Source of the DNA: Eledone cirrhosa | Lineage: Eukaryota | NCBI GenBank assembly: GCA_964016885.1 | Contig: OZ024744.1 | Span: 111,414,001-111,478,000, forward strand | Direction: 5' to 3' | Length of the DNA stretch: 64,000 nt | In this document: positions 1 through 13,154 of the stretch, piece after piece | Layout: every line of letters begins with the position of its first letter | How positions within the stretch are numbered: position 1 is the first letter of the stretch | Notes under the pieces: generated by a model | Databases searched by the model: none | Told to the model about the DNA's origin: nothing | Seen by the model: only the letters and a program-made list of their open reading frames with translations | Made by a program: the position numbers and the translations under genes

Positions 1-1882
1 GTTACCTGGATGCGGTGCTCGAGGCGGCAGGCTTCGGACCCGTGTTCAGGGGCTGGATTGCTGCAATGCATAACCAACATCTGCTCAAGGGTTAAGGTGA
101 ACGGCTACCTCTCGGAGCCGTTCCATATCACGCGATCCATTCGACAGGGATGCCCTCTCTCCTCCCTTCTGTACGTATTGACTCTCGAGCCACTAGTGCG
201 GAAGTTGGAGCTATTGCAGGACATCCCTCTGGAACCGGGACTGCGGAAAGTGGCGTCGGCCTACGCCGACGACGTGACAGTAATGGTGTCGAGCGTCTCG
301 CAAATCGAGGAAGTCGGCACCTTACTGAAGGAATACGAAAGGTTCACAGGAGCGAAGCTGAACCGGGAAAAGTCCATCGGTTTGCAACTCGGATTCTGGA
401 GAGGCAAACCGATGCCTTCCGATGGCGTCGTCGGACGCTGGACGGAAGGACCAGTAAAGCTGCTCGGGGTCTGGTTTGGTCCGGACCTCCAAGTGGAGAA
501 GAACTGGAACGAGGTGTCGGCCACGTGTTTGCACTCACCCAGAAGTGGGCCGAGTGCAAACTATCCTTGAAAGGTCGAGCCGAGGTGGCGAACACTTTTA
601 TAGCGTCCGCCATCTACTACCGCTTGACCGTCGGGCCTTGTCCAGCCAAAACGCTCGCCAAAATGGAGCGCGCGCTCTTCCAATTCCTTTGAAAGAGGCG
701 GGCTCCTTTGGTGAGAAGATCCATCGGCTGCCAACGCCCTTCCAACGGAGTGCTGGGGATGCCGTGGCTGGCGATGCGCAAACACGCGCTCAGGCTGCGG
801 CATCTCTACGTATTCCTCACCGGACAACCGATGTGGGCCCCGTTCGTGAGGCGAGCCTTCCCACAACTCGTCTCGCTGACCGAGCTGCAGTCCTGGGTCA
901 AGCAAAGACCGAGGAAAATGGGCGACTGGCACATCGAATGTGCTCAGGCGCTCACAGCCCTCTGGCAGGCGGACCCGGCAATCAGTGGAGACTCTACTTC
1001 GTCATTCTATAGTGGGTTGATCCGCAGCAAGTGCGACGACGCGCTCGGAGAAACTCTAGGCGTAGAGGAAGACGAACTGGCCAGTCTGTTCGGTAGGACC
1101 TTCCGCCCGGGACCGATGGACAACCTCCAAAAGTCCCTGGCCTGGCAGTGCTACTGCGGAGCTCTACCAGTTCGAGATAAGCCCTACAGACATGGGCGCC
1201 CGGGCAGGGACCCTGCAAAAAAGATCTGTCTGAGGTGCGTGCGAGACGAAGAAACCGTCGCGCACGCATTCGTACACTGCCCGGGCGTCACCCACCTGTG
1301 GGGCTATGTAAAACGACTATTGTCGCGGGTGGGACCAATCCGGTTGACCACCGAGTCCATTGTCATGATCAAACCGCCACTCTCCTTCAAAAACGAAGGA
1401 GAGGTGGTTTTCCTTTGTGTGATAGCTATGGCGAAAGAGGTTGTATGGTGGACAAGGTTAAAAGGGCTGAGGTCAGACACCTTTCTCTCCGGCCAACAAC
1501 TGGTTCTTTTTTCAAATACCACTTTGGAAGAAGAATCAGGATGGAGAGAGAGATGCTGTACCTCAGCAAGTTTTATGAAAGGTGGGTGAAAGTGGCGAGA
1601 ATGGCTCGAGTGAATGGGCCTTCTCTCTATATCAGCCTCTAGGTTGAGGAAAAGGAGGAAGAGAGGAAAGGAGTACAAACTCTTCGTACTCCTGGAGATG
1701 AGGGTTGCACATTTTTTTTCGGGGGTATGTGTTACCCATATAAACTGTCTCCCTCTATTGGGGAAAATCGACTAACTTTTTAAATTCCATTTGTGATAAC
1801 ATTTTACACGTTTTTATTGTATGTAAACTTCCCCCTTTGTATTTGTCCCCTTCTTTTGTGCCCCTGTGGCTAATAAAGAAAT
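1..1882 (+). mobile_element. Tx1/L1-clade LINE, 3' part (RT C-terminus, zf-RVT, 3' UTR), disrupted; cut by window edge
   Basis: RQGCPLS and YADD RT motifs, CxxC..H..C motif (CLRCVRDEETVAHAFVHC), clear similarity to ORF2 at 53799-57218. Frameshifts and a TGA at 690-692. AATAAA at 1872-1877. Confidence 0.92.
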
Positions 1883-1900
1883 ATATATATCTATCTATCG

Positions 1901-1948
<48 letters not shown>

Positions 1949-1995
1949 ATATATATGTTTTAAGGGTAATAATAATAACAATAATAATAATAATA

Positions 1996-2032
<37 letters not shown>

Positions 2033-2063
2033 TCATTGATTCATCGCACCACACGTCAGTAGA

Positions 2064-2127
<64 letters not shown>

Positions 2128-2252
2128 GCGCACACTTGCACACACACACATACACACATGTATATGTATATTTATATTTATATATAAATCCAGAAATTTA
2201 TATAATTTTAGAAGTAAAACTATTTCTTTGAAAGTTTTAGTCGTAGCCGAAG

Positions 2253-3217
2253 GAAGAAAGATTTTAAAAGATACACGTAAATGCTGCCAAGTGCAAAGAT
2301 ATTTGCAGTCGTCTGCATAGTTGAAAAGAAACCGTACACTGCGATGTCGACTGGGGTTGATGCATTAGTGTAAAGTTATATTGTAGTTATGATGTAACTA
2401 TGATGTAGTTATGATGTGGCTATGATGTGGCTATGGTGTGGTTATGAAGAAAGATTTTAAAAGATACACGTAAATGCTGCCAAGTGCAAAGATATTTGCA
2501 GTCGTCTGCATAGTTGAAAAGAAACCGTACACTGCGATGTCGACTGGGGTTGATGCATTAGTGTAAAGTTATATTGTAGTTATGATGTAACTATGATGTA
2601 GTTATGATGTGGCTATGATGTGGCTATGGTGTGGTTATGAAGAAAGATTTTAAAAGATACACGTAAATGCTGCCAAGTGCAAAGATATTTGCAGTCGTCT
2701 GCATAGTTGAAAAGAAACCGTACACTGCGATGTCGACTGGGGTTGATGCATTAGTGTAAAGTTATATTGTAGTTATGATGTAACTATGATGTAGTTATGA
2801 TGTGGCTATGATGTGGCTATGGTGTGGTTATGAAGAAAGATTTTAAAAGATACACGTAAATGCTGCCAAGTGCAAAGATATTTGCAGTCGTCTGCATAGT
2901 TGAAAAGAAACCGTACACTGCGATGTCGACTGGGGTTGATGCATTAGTGTAAAGTTATATTGTAGTTATGATGTAACTATGATGTAGTTATGATGTGGCT
3001 ATGATGTGGCTATGGTGTGGTTATGAAGAAAGATTTTAAAAGATACACGTAAATGCTGCCAAGTGCAAAGATATTTGCAGTCGTCTGCATAGTTGAAAAG
3101 AAACCGTACACTGCGATGGCAACTGGGGTTGATGCATTAGTGTAAAGTTATATTGTAGTTATGATGTAACTATGATGTAGTTATGATGGGGCTATGATGT
3201 GGCTATGATGTGGTTAT
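2253..3217. repeat. 193-bp tandem repeat, 5 near-identical copies
   Basis: GAAGAAAGATTTTAAAAG recurs at 2253, 2446, 2639, 2832 and 3025. Each unit is about 125 bp unique sequence plus about 70 bp of the neighbouring 11-mer satellite. Confidence 0.95.
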
Positions 3218-4478
3218 GATGTGGTTATGTTGTGGTTATGATGTGGTTATGATGTGGTTATATTGGGTTATGATGTGTCTATGATGTGGTTATAATGTGG
3301 TTAAGACATTGGCTATGATGTGGTTATATTGTGGTTATGATGTGGTTCAATTGTGGCTAAGATGTAACTATGATGTAGTTATGATGTGGTTATATTGTGG
3401 TTATGGTGTGGTTCAATTGTGGCTAAGATGTAACTATGATGTAGTTATGATGTGGTTATATTGTGGTTATGGTGTGGTTCAATTGTGGCTAAGATGTAAC
3501 TATGATGTAGTTATGATGTGGTTACATTGTGGTTATGGTGTGGTTATGGTGTAGCTATGATGTAACTATGATGTGGTTATGATGTAGCTATGATGTAGCT
3601 ATGATATGGTTATGATATATTTATGATGCTTTTATGTTATAGCTATGGTGTAACTATGATGTGGTTGTGATGTGGTTATGATTTAGTAATGAGGTTGTTA
3701 TTTAATTATGATGTAACTATGATGTGGCTCTGATGTAACTATGATGTAGCTATGATGTGGTTATCATGTGGCTTTAATGTGACTATAATGAAGCTACGAT
3801 ATGGCTCTGATGTAGTTATGCTGTAACTATAATGTAATTACGATGTAATTATGCAGTAACTATGATGTGGATATGGTGTGGTTAACATGTGGTTATGATG
3901 TTGTTATGATGTAACTATGCTGTAACTATGATGTGGTTATGATGTGGTTATATTGGGGTTATGATGTGTCTATGATGTGGTTATATTGTGGTTAATACAT
4001 GGCTATGATGTGGTTATATTGTGGTTATGATGTGGTTCAATTGTGTCTTACATGTAACTATGACGTAGCTATGATATGGTTATATTGTGGTTATAATGTG
4101 GTTATGGTGTAGCTATGATGTAACTATGATGTGGTTATGATGTAGCTATGAGGTAGCTATGATATGGTTCTGATATATTTATGATGTTTTTATGATATAG
4201 CTATGGTGTAACTATGATGTAGTTACGATGTAGTTATGATGTGGCTATGATGGGGCTCTGGTATTGTTATGATGTGGCTCTGATATTTTTCTGATGTTAT
4301 GATGTGGTTCTGATATTTTTCTGATGTTGTTATGATGTGGTTCTGATATTGTTATGATGTGGCTATGATATGGTTCTGATATTGTTATGATGTGGCTATG
4401 ATGTGGTTATGATGTGGTTCTGATATTGTTATGATGTGGTTATGATGTGGTTATGATGTGGTTCTGATATTGCTATGA
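3218..4478. repeat. 11-bp minisatellite (TATGATGTGGT variants)
   Basis: Directly visible degenerate 11-mer array. Confidence 0.92.
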
Positions 4479-4539
4479 TCTTTACTTCGTGCAATAAAGA
4501 CCATCAATTCTTCGTTGGGCTTCTTACTAGCACCAAGGT

Positions 4540-7500
4540 AGTAGTGGTGGGGGTAGAGGTAGTGGTGGTAGTGGTGGTGGGGTGGTGGTGGTGTTGGTGG
4601 TGGTGGTGGTGGTAGTGGTGGTGGTGGTGGTGGTGGTGGTGGTGGTGGTGGTAGTGGTGGTGGTGGTTTTAGTGGTGGTGTTGGTATTGATGTGGTGGTG
4701 GTGGTGGTGGTGGTGGTAGTCATGTGGTGGTGTTGGTAGTGATGTGCTGGTGGTGGTAGTCATGTGGTGGTGGTGGTGTGGTGGTGGTAGTCATGTGGTG
4801 GTGGTGGTAGTGATGTGGTGGTGGTGTTGGTAGTGATGTGGTGGTGTTGGTAGTGATGTGGTGATGGTGGTAGTGATGTGGTGGTGGTGTTGGTAGTGAT
4901 GTGGTGGTGTTGGTAGTGATGTGGTGATGGTGGTAGTGAAGTGGTGGTGGTGGTAGTCATGTGGTGGTGTTGGTAGTCATGTGGTGGTGGTGGTGTGGTG
5001 GTGGTAATGATGTGGTGGTGTTGGTAGTGATGTGGTGGTGGTGGTGTGGTGGTGGTAGTGATGTGGTGGTGGTAGTGATGTGGTGGTGGTGGTAGTGATG
5101 TGGTGGTGGTGGTAGTCATGTGGTGGTGTTGGTAGTGATGTGGTGGTGGTGGTGGTGGTGGTGTGGTGGTGGTAGTGATATGGTGGTGGTAGTGATGTGG
5201 TGGTGGTGGTGTGGTAGTGGTAGTCATGTGGTGGTGTTCGTAGTGATGTGGTGGTGGTAGTGATGTGGTGGTGGTGTGGTGGTGGTAGTCATGTGGTGGT
5301 GTTGGTAGTGATGTGGTGGTGGTGATGTGGTGGTGGTAGTGATGTGGTGGTGGTAGTGATGTGGTGGTGGTGGTGATAGTGATGTGGTGGTGGTGGTAGT
5401 CATGTGGTGGTGGTGGTAGTCATTTGGTGGTGGTGGTGGTATTGATGTTGATGTGGTGGTGGTGGTAGTGATGTGGTGGTGGTGGTAATGATGTGGTGGT
5501 GGTGGTAGTGATGTGGTGGTGGTGGTGGTAGTCATGTGGTGGTGATGGTAGTGATGTGGTGGTGTTGGTAGTGATGGGGTGGTGGTGGTAGTGATGTGGT
5601 GGTGGTGGTAGTGATGTGGTGGGGGGGGGGGGTAATGATGTGGTGGTGTTGGTAGTGATGTGGTGGTGGTGGTAGTAATGTGGTGGTGGTGGTGGTAGTG
5701 ATGTGGTGGGGGGTAGTGATGTGGTGGTGGTGGTGGCGGTAGTGATGTGGTGGTGGTGGTAGTGATGTGGTGGTGGTGGTAGTGATGTGGTGGTGGTGGT
5801 GATGTGGTGGTGGTGGTGGTGATGTGGTGGTGGTAGTGATGTGGTGGTGGTGGTAGTGATGTGGTGGTGGTGGTAGTGATGTGGTGGTGGTGTTGGTAGT
5901 GATGTGGTGGTGGTGGTAGTGATGTGGTGGTGGTGGTAGTGATGTGGTGGTGTTGGTAGTGATGTGGTGGTGGTGGTGGTGATGTGGTGGTGGTGGTAGT
6001 GATGTGGTGGTGGTGGTGGTAGTGATGTGGTGGTGGTGGTGGTAGTGATGTGGTGGTGGTGGTGGTGGTGGTAGTGATGTGGTGGTGGTAGTGATGTGAT
6101 GGTGGTGGTAGTGATGTGGTGGTGGTAGTGATGTGGTGGTGTTGGTGGTGGTAGTGATGTGGTGGTGGTAGTGATGTGGTAGTGGTGGTAGTGATGTGGT
6201 GGTGTTGGTAGTGATGTGGTGGTGTTGGTAGTGATGTGGTGGTGGTGGTGGTAGTGATGTGGTGGTGGTGGTAGTAGTGATGTGGTGGTGTTGGTAGTGA
6301 TGTGGTGGTGGTGGTAGTGATGTGGTGGCGGTGGTAGTGATGTGGTGGCGGTGGTAGTGATGTGGTGGTGGTGGTAGTGATGTGGTGGTGGTGGTAGTGA
6401 TGTGGTGGTGGTGGTAGTGATGTGGTGATGTTGGTAGTGATGTGGTGGTGGTGGTAGTGATGTGGTGGTGTTGGTAGTGATGTGGTGGTGGTGGTAGTCA
6501 TGTGGTGGTGGTGGTGGTAGTGATGTGGTGGTGGTGGTGGTAGTGATGTGGTGGTGTTGGTAGTGATGTAGTGGTGGTGGTAGTGATGTGGTGGTGGTGG
6601 TAGTGATGTGGTGGTGGTGGTGGTGGTAGTGATGTGGTGGTGGTGGTAGTGATGTGGTGGTGGTGTGGTGGTGATGTGGTGGTGTTGGTAGTGATGTCGG
6701 GGTGGTAGTGATGTAGTGGTGTTGGTAGTGATGGGGTGGTGTTGGTAGTGATGTGGTGGTGTTGGTAGTGATGTGGTGGTGGTGGTAGTGATGTGGTGGT
6801 GTTGGTAGTGATGTGGTGGTGGTGGTGGTAGTGATGTGGTGGTGGTGGTAGTGATGTGGTGGTGTTGGTAGTGATGTGGTGGTGGTGGTGGTAGTGATGT
6901 GGTGGTGGTGGTAGTCATGTGGTGGTGTTGGTAGTGATGTGGTGGTGGTGGTAGTGATGTGGTGGTGGTGGTGGTAGTGATGTGGTGGTGGTAGTGGTAG
7001 TGATGTGGTGGTGTTGGTAGTGATGTGGTGGTGGTGGTAGTGATGTGGTGGTGTTGGTAGTGATGTGGTGGTGGTGGTAGTGATGTGGTGGTGTTGGTAG
7101 TGATGTGGTGGTGGTGGTAGTGATGTGGTGATGTTGGTAGTGATGTGGTGGTGGTGGTGGTAGTGATGTGGTGGTGGTGGTGGTAGTGATGTGGTGGTGG
7201 TGGTAGTGAGGTGGTGCTGGTGGTAGTGATGTGGTGGGGGTGGTAGTGAGGTGGTGCTGGTGGTAGTGATGTGGTGGTGGTGGTGGTAGTGATGTGGTGG
7301 GCGTGGTAGTGATGTGGTTGTGGTGGTAGTGATGTGGTGGTGGTGGTAGTGATGTGGTGGTGGTGGCAGTGATGTGGTGGTGGTGTTGGTAGTGATGTGG
7401 TGGTGGTGGTAGTGATGTGGTGGTGTTGGTAGTGATGTGGTGGTGGTGGTAGTGATGTGGTGATGTTGGTAGTGATGTGGTGGTGGTAGTGATGTGGTGG

Positions 7501-8897
7501 TGGTGGTGGTAGTGATGTGGTGGTGGTGGTAGTGATGTGGTGGGGGTGGTGGTGAGGTGGTGCTGGTGGTAGTGATGTGGTTGTGGTGGTAGTGATGTGG
7601 TGGTGGTGGTAGTGATGTGGTGGTGGCGGTGATGTGGTGGTGGTGTTGGTAGTGATGTGGTGGTGGTGGTAGTGATGTGGTGGTGGTGTGGTGGTGATGT
7701 GGTAGTGGTGTTGGTTGTGATGTAGGGGTGGTAGTGATGGTGTGGTGGTCGTAGTGATGTAGTGGTGGTGGTAGTGATGTGGTGGTGGTGGTAGTGATGT
7801 GGTGGTGGTGGTAGTGATGTGGACTTGGTGGTGGTGGTAGTGATGTGGTGGTGGTGGTAGTGATGTGGTGGTGGTAGTAGTGATGGTGTGGTGGTGGTAG
7901 TGATGTAGTGGTGGTGGTAGTGATGCGGTGGTGGTGGTAGTGATGTGGTGGTGGTGGTAGTGAGGTGGTGCTGGTGGTAGTGATGTGGTGGTGGTAGTAG
8001 TGATGGTGGTAGTGATGTGGTGCTGGTGGTAGTGATGTGGTGGTGTTGGCAGTGATGTGGTGGTGGTGGTAGTGATGTGGTGGTGTTGGCAGTGATGTGG
8101 TGGTGGTGGTAGTGATGTGGTGGTGGTGGTAGTGATGTGGTGATGTTGGTAGTGATGTGGTGGTGGTAGTGATGTGGTGGTGGTGGTGGTAGTGATGTGG
8201 TGGTGGTGGTAGTGATGTGGTGGGGGTGGTGGTGAGGTGGTGCTGGTGGTAGTGATGTGGTTGTGGTGGTAGTGATGTGGTGGTGGTGGTAGTGATGTGG
8301 TGGTGGCGGTGATGTGGTAGTGGTGTTGGTAGTGATGTGGTGGTGGTGGTAGTGATGTGGTGGTGGTGTGGTGGTGATGTGGTAGTGGTGTTGGTTGTGA
8401 TGTAGGGGTGGTAGTGATGGTGTGGTGGTCGTAGTGATGTAGTGGTGGTGGTAGTGATGTGGTGGTGGTGGTAGTGATGTGGTGGTGGTGGTAGTGATGT
8501 GGACTTGGTGGTGGTGGTAGTTATGTGGTGGTGGTGGTAGTGATGTGGTGGTGGTGTTGGTAGTGATGTGTTGGTGGTGGTGGTAGTGATGTGGTGGTGG
8601 TAGTGGTAGTGATGTGGTGGTGGTAGTGATGTGGTGGTGGTGGTAGTAGTGTTGGTAGTGATGTGGTAATGGTGGTGGTAGTGATGTGGTGGTGGTGTTG
8701 GTAGTGATGTGTTGGTGGTGGTGGTAGTGATGTGGTGGTGGTGGTAGTAGTGTTGGTAGTGATGTGGTAATGGTGGTGGTAGTGATGTGGTGGTAGTGAT
8801 GTGGTGGTGGTGGTGAGTGGTGGTGGTGGTGGTGGTAGTAGTGTTGGTAGTGATGTGGTAATGGTGGTGTTGGTGGTGGTGGTAATGATGTGGTGGT
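4540..8897. repeat. GGT-rich minisatellite, GTAGTGATGT(GGT)n, units about 19-28 bp
   Basis: Directly visible. It produces the spurious T/P/H ORFs on the minus strand. Confidence 0.95.
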
Positions 8898-9620
8898 GCT
8901 TCTGTTTCTGCTCTCCGTTGTGTTGCTGTAGCTGTTGTTTCTGCTGTTAGTGCCACGGATGTTGTTGTTGTTGTTGTTGTTGTGGGGTATCCCGGTATTA
9001 GCATCAATGGAACTCTCTGGTTACCCGCTGTATTCTGTCGCGAACAGCTCTTAGGCGGGTGGTTTGTCCCAATCCGGATCTTCTTTACTTCCAGGATCGT
9101 TTTTCTTACCTGTAGGATGATGCATCCACCAGATGTCTAATTCTGGCTGGATCCCAACAATTCGTGTCTCTAATGACCTTCCCATGAATATCATAAATTA
9201 GTTCATTTTAGAGGGGATCACAGAGTACTTCTTTGCAAAGGCATCACACTTGAAGAGCACTGAAGTGCTCCTAAACTGCTTGGCCGTTGCAACGTGTTGT
9301 ATGTCAAGCATCAAGCCGTTTAGGGCCTCCTCCAAGTGGGATTGGTGGGCTAGCTCTGGTATTTTTAACTTGATGCCAATACACACCAACAGTCGCTTCC
9401 AATAGCTCAGGTGGAACACTTATGTTGGCCCAGGTTTTGCCCACTCTTATAAGTTTACCTGCCTGAGCCAAACGTTTCTCTCTCCCACTCAAATCTATGT
9501 GGAAAAATTTCATATTTTTCCACATAGATTTGTGAACGTACTCTTGTAGTTGTTGTTTTTGTTGGTGGTGGTGGTGGTTGTGACGGTGGCTTTGTTGGTG
9601 ATGTGGTGTTGACGCTGTTT
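8898..9620 (-). pseudogene. Degenerate ORF1 relic of a divergent Tx1/L1-type LINE
   Basis: AHQSHLEEALNGLMLDIQHVATAKQFRSTSVLFKCDAFAKKYSVIP aligns by eye with ATEAQIQKALGSVWQRKTHITRGKKYATVDVLFATPQEAKAQSVVT of ORF1 at 51688. KKTILEVKK aligns with KTTVLQVQK. Confidence 0.65.
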
Positions 9621-9707
9621 GTTGTCAACCTATGAACTCCAGAGTGAGGCGTTGTCACGTGACATGATTTTCTCGCTGCAGTTTTCAATATTTTCAACAC
9701 TTGATAA

Positions 9708-10400
9708 CACATCCAACCAACCAACTAACCATCCAACCAACCGTGCAACCATTCAACCAGCCATCAAGCCAACCATCCATCCAACCAACCACCCACACAA
9801 CCAACCATCCAACCAACAATCCAACCAATCATCCAACCAACCATCCGACCATCTAATCAGCCAACCATCCAACCAACCAGCCATCCAAGCAACCAACCAA
9901 GCAACCAACCAAGCAACCAACCAACAAACCATCCAACGATCAATCCATCCAAACATCCAACCAACCACTCAACCACTCAACCACTCAACCACTCAACCAC
10001 TCAACTATCCAACCAAACAACCAGCCATCCAACCAACCAGCCAACCAGCCATCCAACCAACCAACCAACCAACCACCCAACCAACCAACCAAACAACCAG
10101 CCATCCAACCATCCAACCAACCAAACAACCAGCCATCCAACCAACCAACAAACCAACCAACCAAGCAACCAAACAACCAGCCATCCAACGATCCATCGAT
10201 CCAAACATCCAACCAACCAACCACTCAACCACCCAACCATCTAACCATCCAACCAACCATCCAACCAACCAACCCATCCAACCATCAAACCATCCCACCA
10301 TCAAACCACCCAGCCATGCAACCAACCAACCATCCAACCAACCAACCATCCAACCATCAAACCATCCAACCATCCAACCATCAAACCATCCAACCATCCA
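9708..10400. repeat. Degenerate (CCAA/CCAT)n tetranucleotide repeat
   Basis: Directly visible. Confidence 0.92.
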
Positions 10401-10404
10401 TGCA

Positions 10405-12943
10405 TGGAAAATAACAGTTGCTCAAAAGGCTTTCCCAAACAAGTTCAACGGGACACCAAAACCGAGATAGCTATCCATCCGACCGAAGACGTCTGGGTTC
10501 AACATTAAACGTTGGTCAGAAAGTAGTGGGCAAGCGATATGTTATACCTTATAACAACTAAGTCACAAATACAACTGCCACGTCAATGTAGAAATTTGCG
10601 CCTTCATCCGCTCAGTGAAATATGTGTATAAATACAAATACAAAGGCTATGATTCCATAACCGAAGGCATCAGCGAAGCAACTGACAACAATGTCATAAT
10701 TCAGGATGAAATCAAGAATTTTCTAGATGCCAGATATGTGAGTGCTCCAGAAGGAATGTGGAAGCTGCTTGAATTCAAAATGCATGACAAATCCGATGCA
10801 ATTATTCGCCTTCCTGTTCATCTCTCGCAGGAAAAGCCCGTCTATTTTGAGGAGGTACAAGAAAGACTAGCGCTAGAAAGAGCTGCCCAATGCAACACTT
10901 CTTGAACAGCATGGTTCTTGCTCAACCAAAATGATAAAAATGCAAGACAATATCTATATGTAGACATTCCTTATTACATCTACAATAAGAAAACGACGCA
11001 GTGGACTACCAGACAACATGGAGTTGAGAAAATCATAAGTCGAATGTATTCTGTCAGCCCCAAGCACCAGGAAAGATTTTACATGAGACTTTTGTTGCTA
11101 CATGTTAAAGGAGTTCGAAGAACTGAAAACCGTGGATGAGGTCATATGAGGCAGCTATAAAGAAGCAGCAGAGCGACGGCAGTTGGTTCAAAATCACAAT
11201 GAGTGGAGAAGATGCTTAGAAGTGGCTTCTTCGACAAATATACCAAAGCAGTTCCGGCAGCTGTTTGCACTTATTTGCATTTTCAATAATCCAATCAATC
11301 CAGACATACTGTTCATCAATGCTTTCAGGAAATGTATTGATGTAAATGTAAAGGAAATAATTATTTCTTCTTTTGGCACAAGGCCAGCAATTATCCTAGT
11401 GCATTACTGGTACTTTATTTCATCGACCCCGTAAGGATGAAAGGCAAAGTTAACCTTGGCGGGATTTGAACTTAGACCATAAAGGGCCGTAACTCTTTGC
11501 TGCAAATCATGGCGTCTGACCCTCTACCGATACTGCCAATACACCGCCCTTGTAAAGGAAATAATTGTTTCTACTTTTGGCACAAGGCCACCAAATTACC
11601 CAGTACATTACTGGTACTTTATTTTATCGACCCCGTAAGGATGAAAGGCAAAGTTAACCTCGGCGGGATTTGAACTCAGATCGTTAAGAGACGTAACTAT
11701 GCTGGAAAGCATGGCGTCCGACCCTCTACCGATACTGCCAATCCAGGAAATAATTGTTTCTACTTTAGGCACAAAGCCAGCAATTTCCCAGTACTTAATT
11801 ATATCGACCCCCTAAGGATGAAAGGCAAAGTTAACCTCGGCGGGATTTGAACTCAGATCGTTAAGAGACGTAACTATGCTGGAAAGCATGGCGTCCGACC
11901 CTCTACCGATACTGCCAATCCACCGCCAATCCAGGAAATAATGAACTGCCTTAAGCCTTTCGGTGGTAAAGTTCTTCTTGGAGGCGACTTTAGGCAAACT
12001 GAGCCGGTTATTCCGAGAGGGTCAAATACTGCTATAATTGAATCTTCTATCAAATATTCTCTTCTGTGGACAGATGTGACAATTTTTACTTTAACTAAGA
12101 ATATGCGAATAAATGGACAAGAAGAATTCAATGTATGGCTTCTTAGCTTAGGAAATGGAACAGTCACTAATGATGTGGGCTTAGATGAAGATCTAATAGA
12201 AATACCTGAAATCATGATTTCATTTGGAAATTTAATAAGAGACATTTGGTGACGACATTCCTGTAGTAAGTATAGGCGATATTGATGAAATTTCGACAAA
12301 AATTATTTTAACACCAAGAAACAAAGATTCAATCGAACTGAATACCAAGATATTACTTCTAGATGGCGACTTACAGATATATCCAAGTGTTGATGTGTTG
12401 GTTGACGAAAGTGACGAGAATATCAGGAATTATCTGGAAGAGTTTCTGATTTCTCTGATGCTGCCAGGGATGCCCCCATACAATCTAGCACTGAAGAAAA
12501 ATTCCATTGTGATTTTGCTGAGAAGTTTGGATCCTGAAAATGGCTTGCTGAATGGTATTCGATTTTTGGTTTTGTCTTCAAATGAATTTTATATTCATGC
12601 AAAAATCATTACTGACAATAAAAAAGGAAATGAAACTTTCTTGACCCGCGTCCGAGTGAATAGATCTACCCTTCAATATTAGCAGACGGCAGTTCCCTGT
12701 GTTACCAGCTTTTGCCATCACCATAAACAAATTGCAAGGACAGCTCCTGTATTTAACTACGGCTAGCTTTATGTGACCTTAAGTCATACGAGAAGGAAGG
12801 AAAACTTAAAAATTATTTTGAAGGAAACAAGCAGTCAAGATAGATTTTTCACAAAAAATGTTGTAATAAAAGAATTATTAAACTAAAAACTTGGTTTAAT
12901 TATACAATTAGCCGTCATTTTTGACAGCACGGGGCCAGCTTGT
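10405..12943 (+). mobile_element. Decayed Helitron (Rep + Pif1-like helicase), internally deleted, interrupted by three SINEs
   Basis: Rep: KYNCHVNVEIC..SVKYVYKY.YKGYD and DEIKNFLDARYVSAPEGMW..RLPVHL. Helicase: KPFGGK..GDFRQ, LTKNMR, GMPP..L.LK, RRQFPV..AFAITINK.QGQ. 3' hairpin GCCGTC/GACAGC at 12911-12928, then CTTG (degraded CTAG). Confidence 0.9.
11358..11927 (-). mobile_element. Three stacked copies of a tRNA-derived SINE
   Basis: On the minus strand: A-box-like TGGCAGTATCGG, B-box GAGTTCAAATCCC and body CTTTGCCTTTCATCCTTACGGGGTCGATAAAATAAAGTACC. AGGAAATAAT is repeated at the junctions. Confidence 0.9.
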
Positions 12944-13154
12944 AATAATATAATGCTTACAGAACGAAAATACAAACAAATATGAGATATACAAAGGAAA
13001 GGGAAAGGAAAAAAAGAAAGAGGAAAAGAAAGAGAAAAACGTATAAGCAGGTAATATACACATCTTAGACCACATAGAACAAAAGGCAGGCGAAAGAGGT
13101 GACAAACGAACCGCTACCAGAGCAAAAGATAATATCGCGAAGAGCACTAGAAAA

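Noticed and set aside
2253-3217. CRISPR-like array
   Set aside because: The units are identical throughout, with no variable spacers and no cas genes, in a eukaryotic context.
5224-9007. 1195-aa and 564-aa T/P/H-rich ORFs as a mucin or extensin gene
   Set aside because: The frame cycles through T, P and H because unit lengths are not multiples of 3. The strand simply lacks stop codons.
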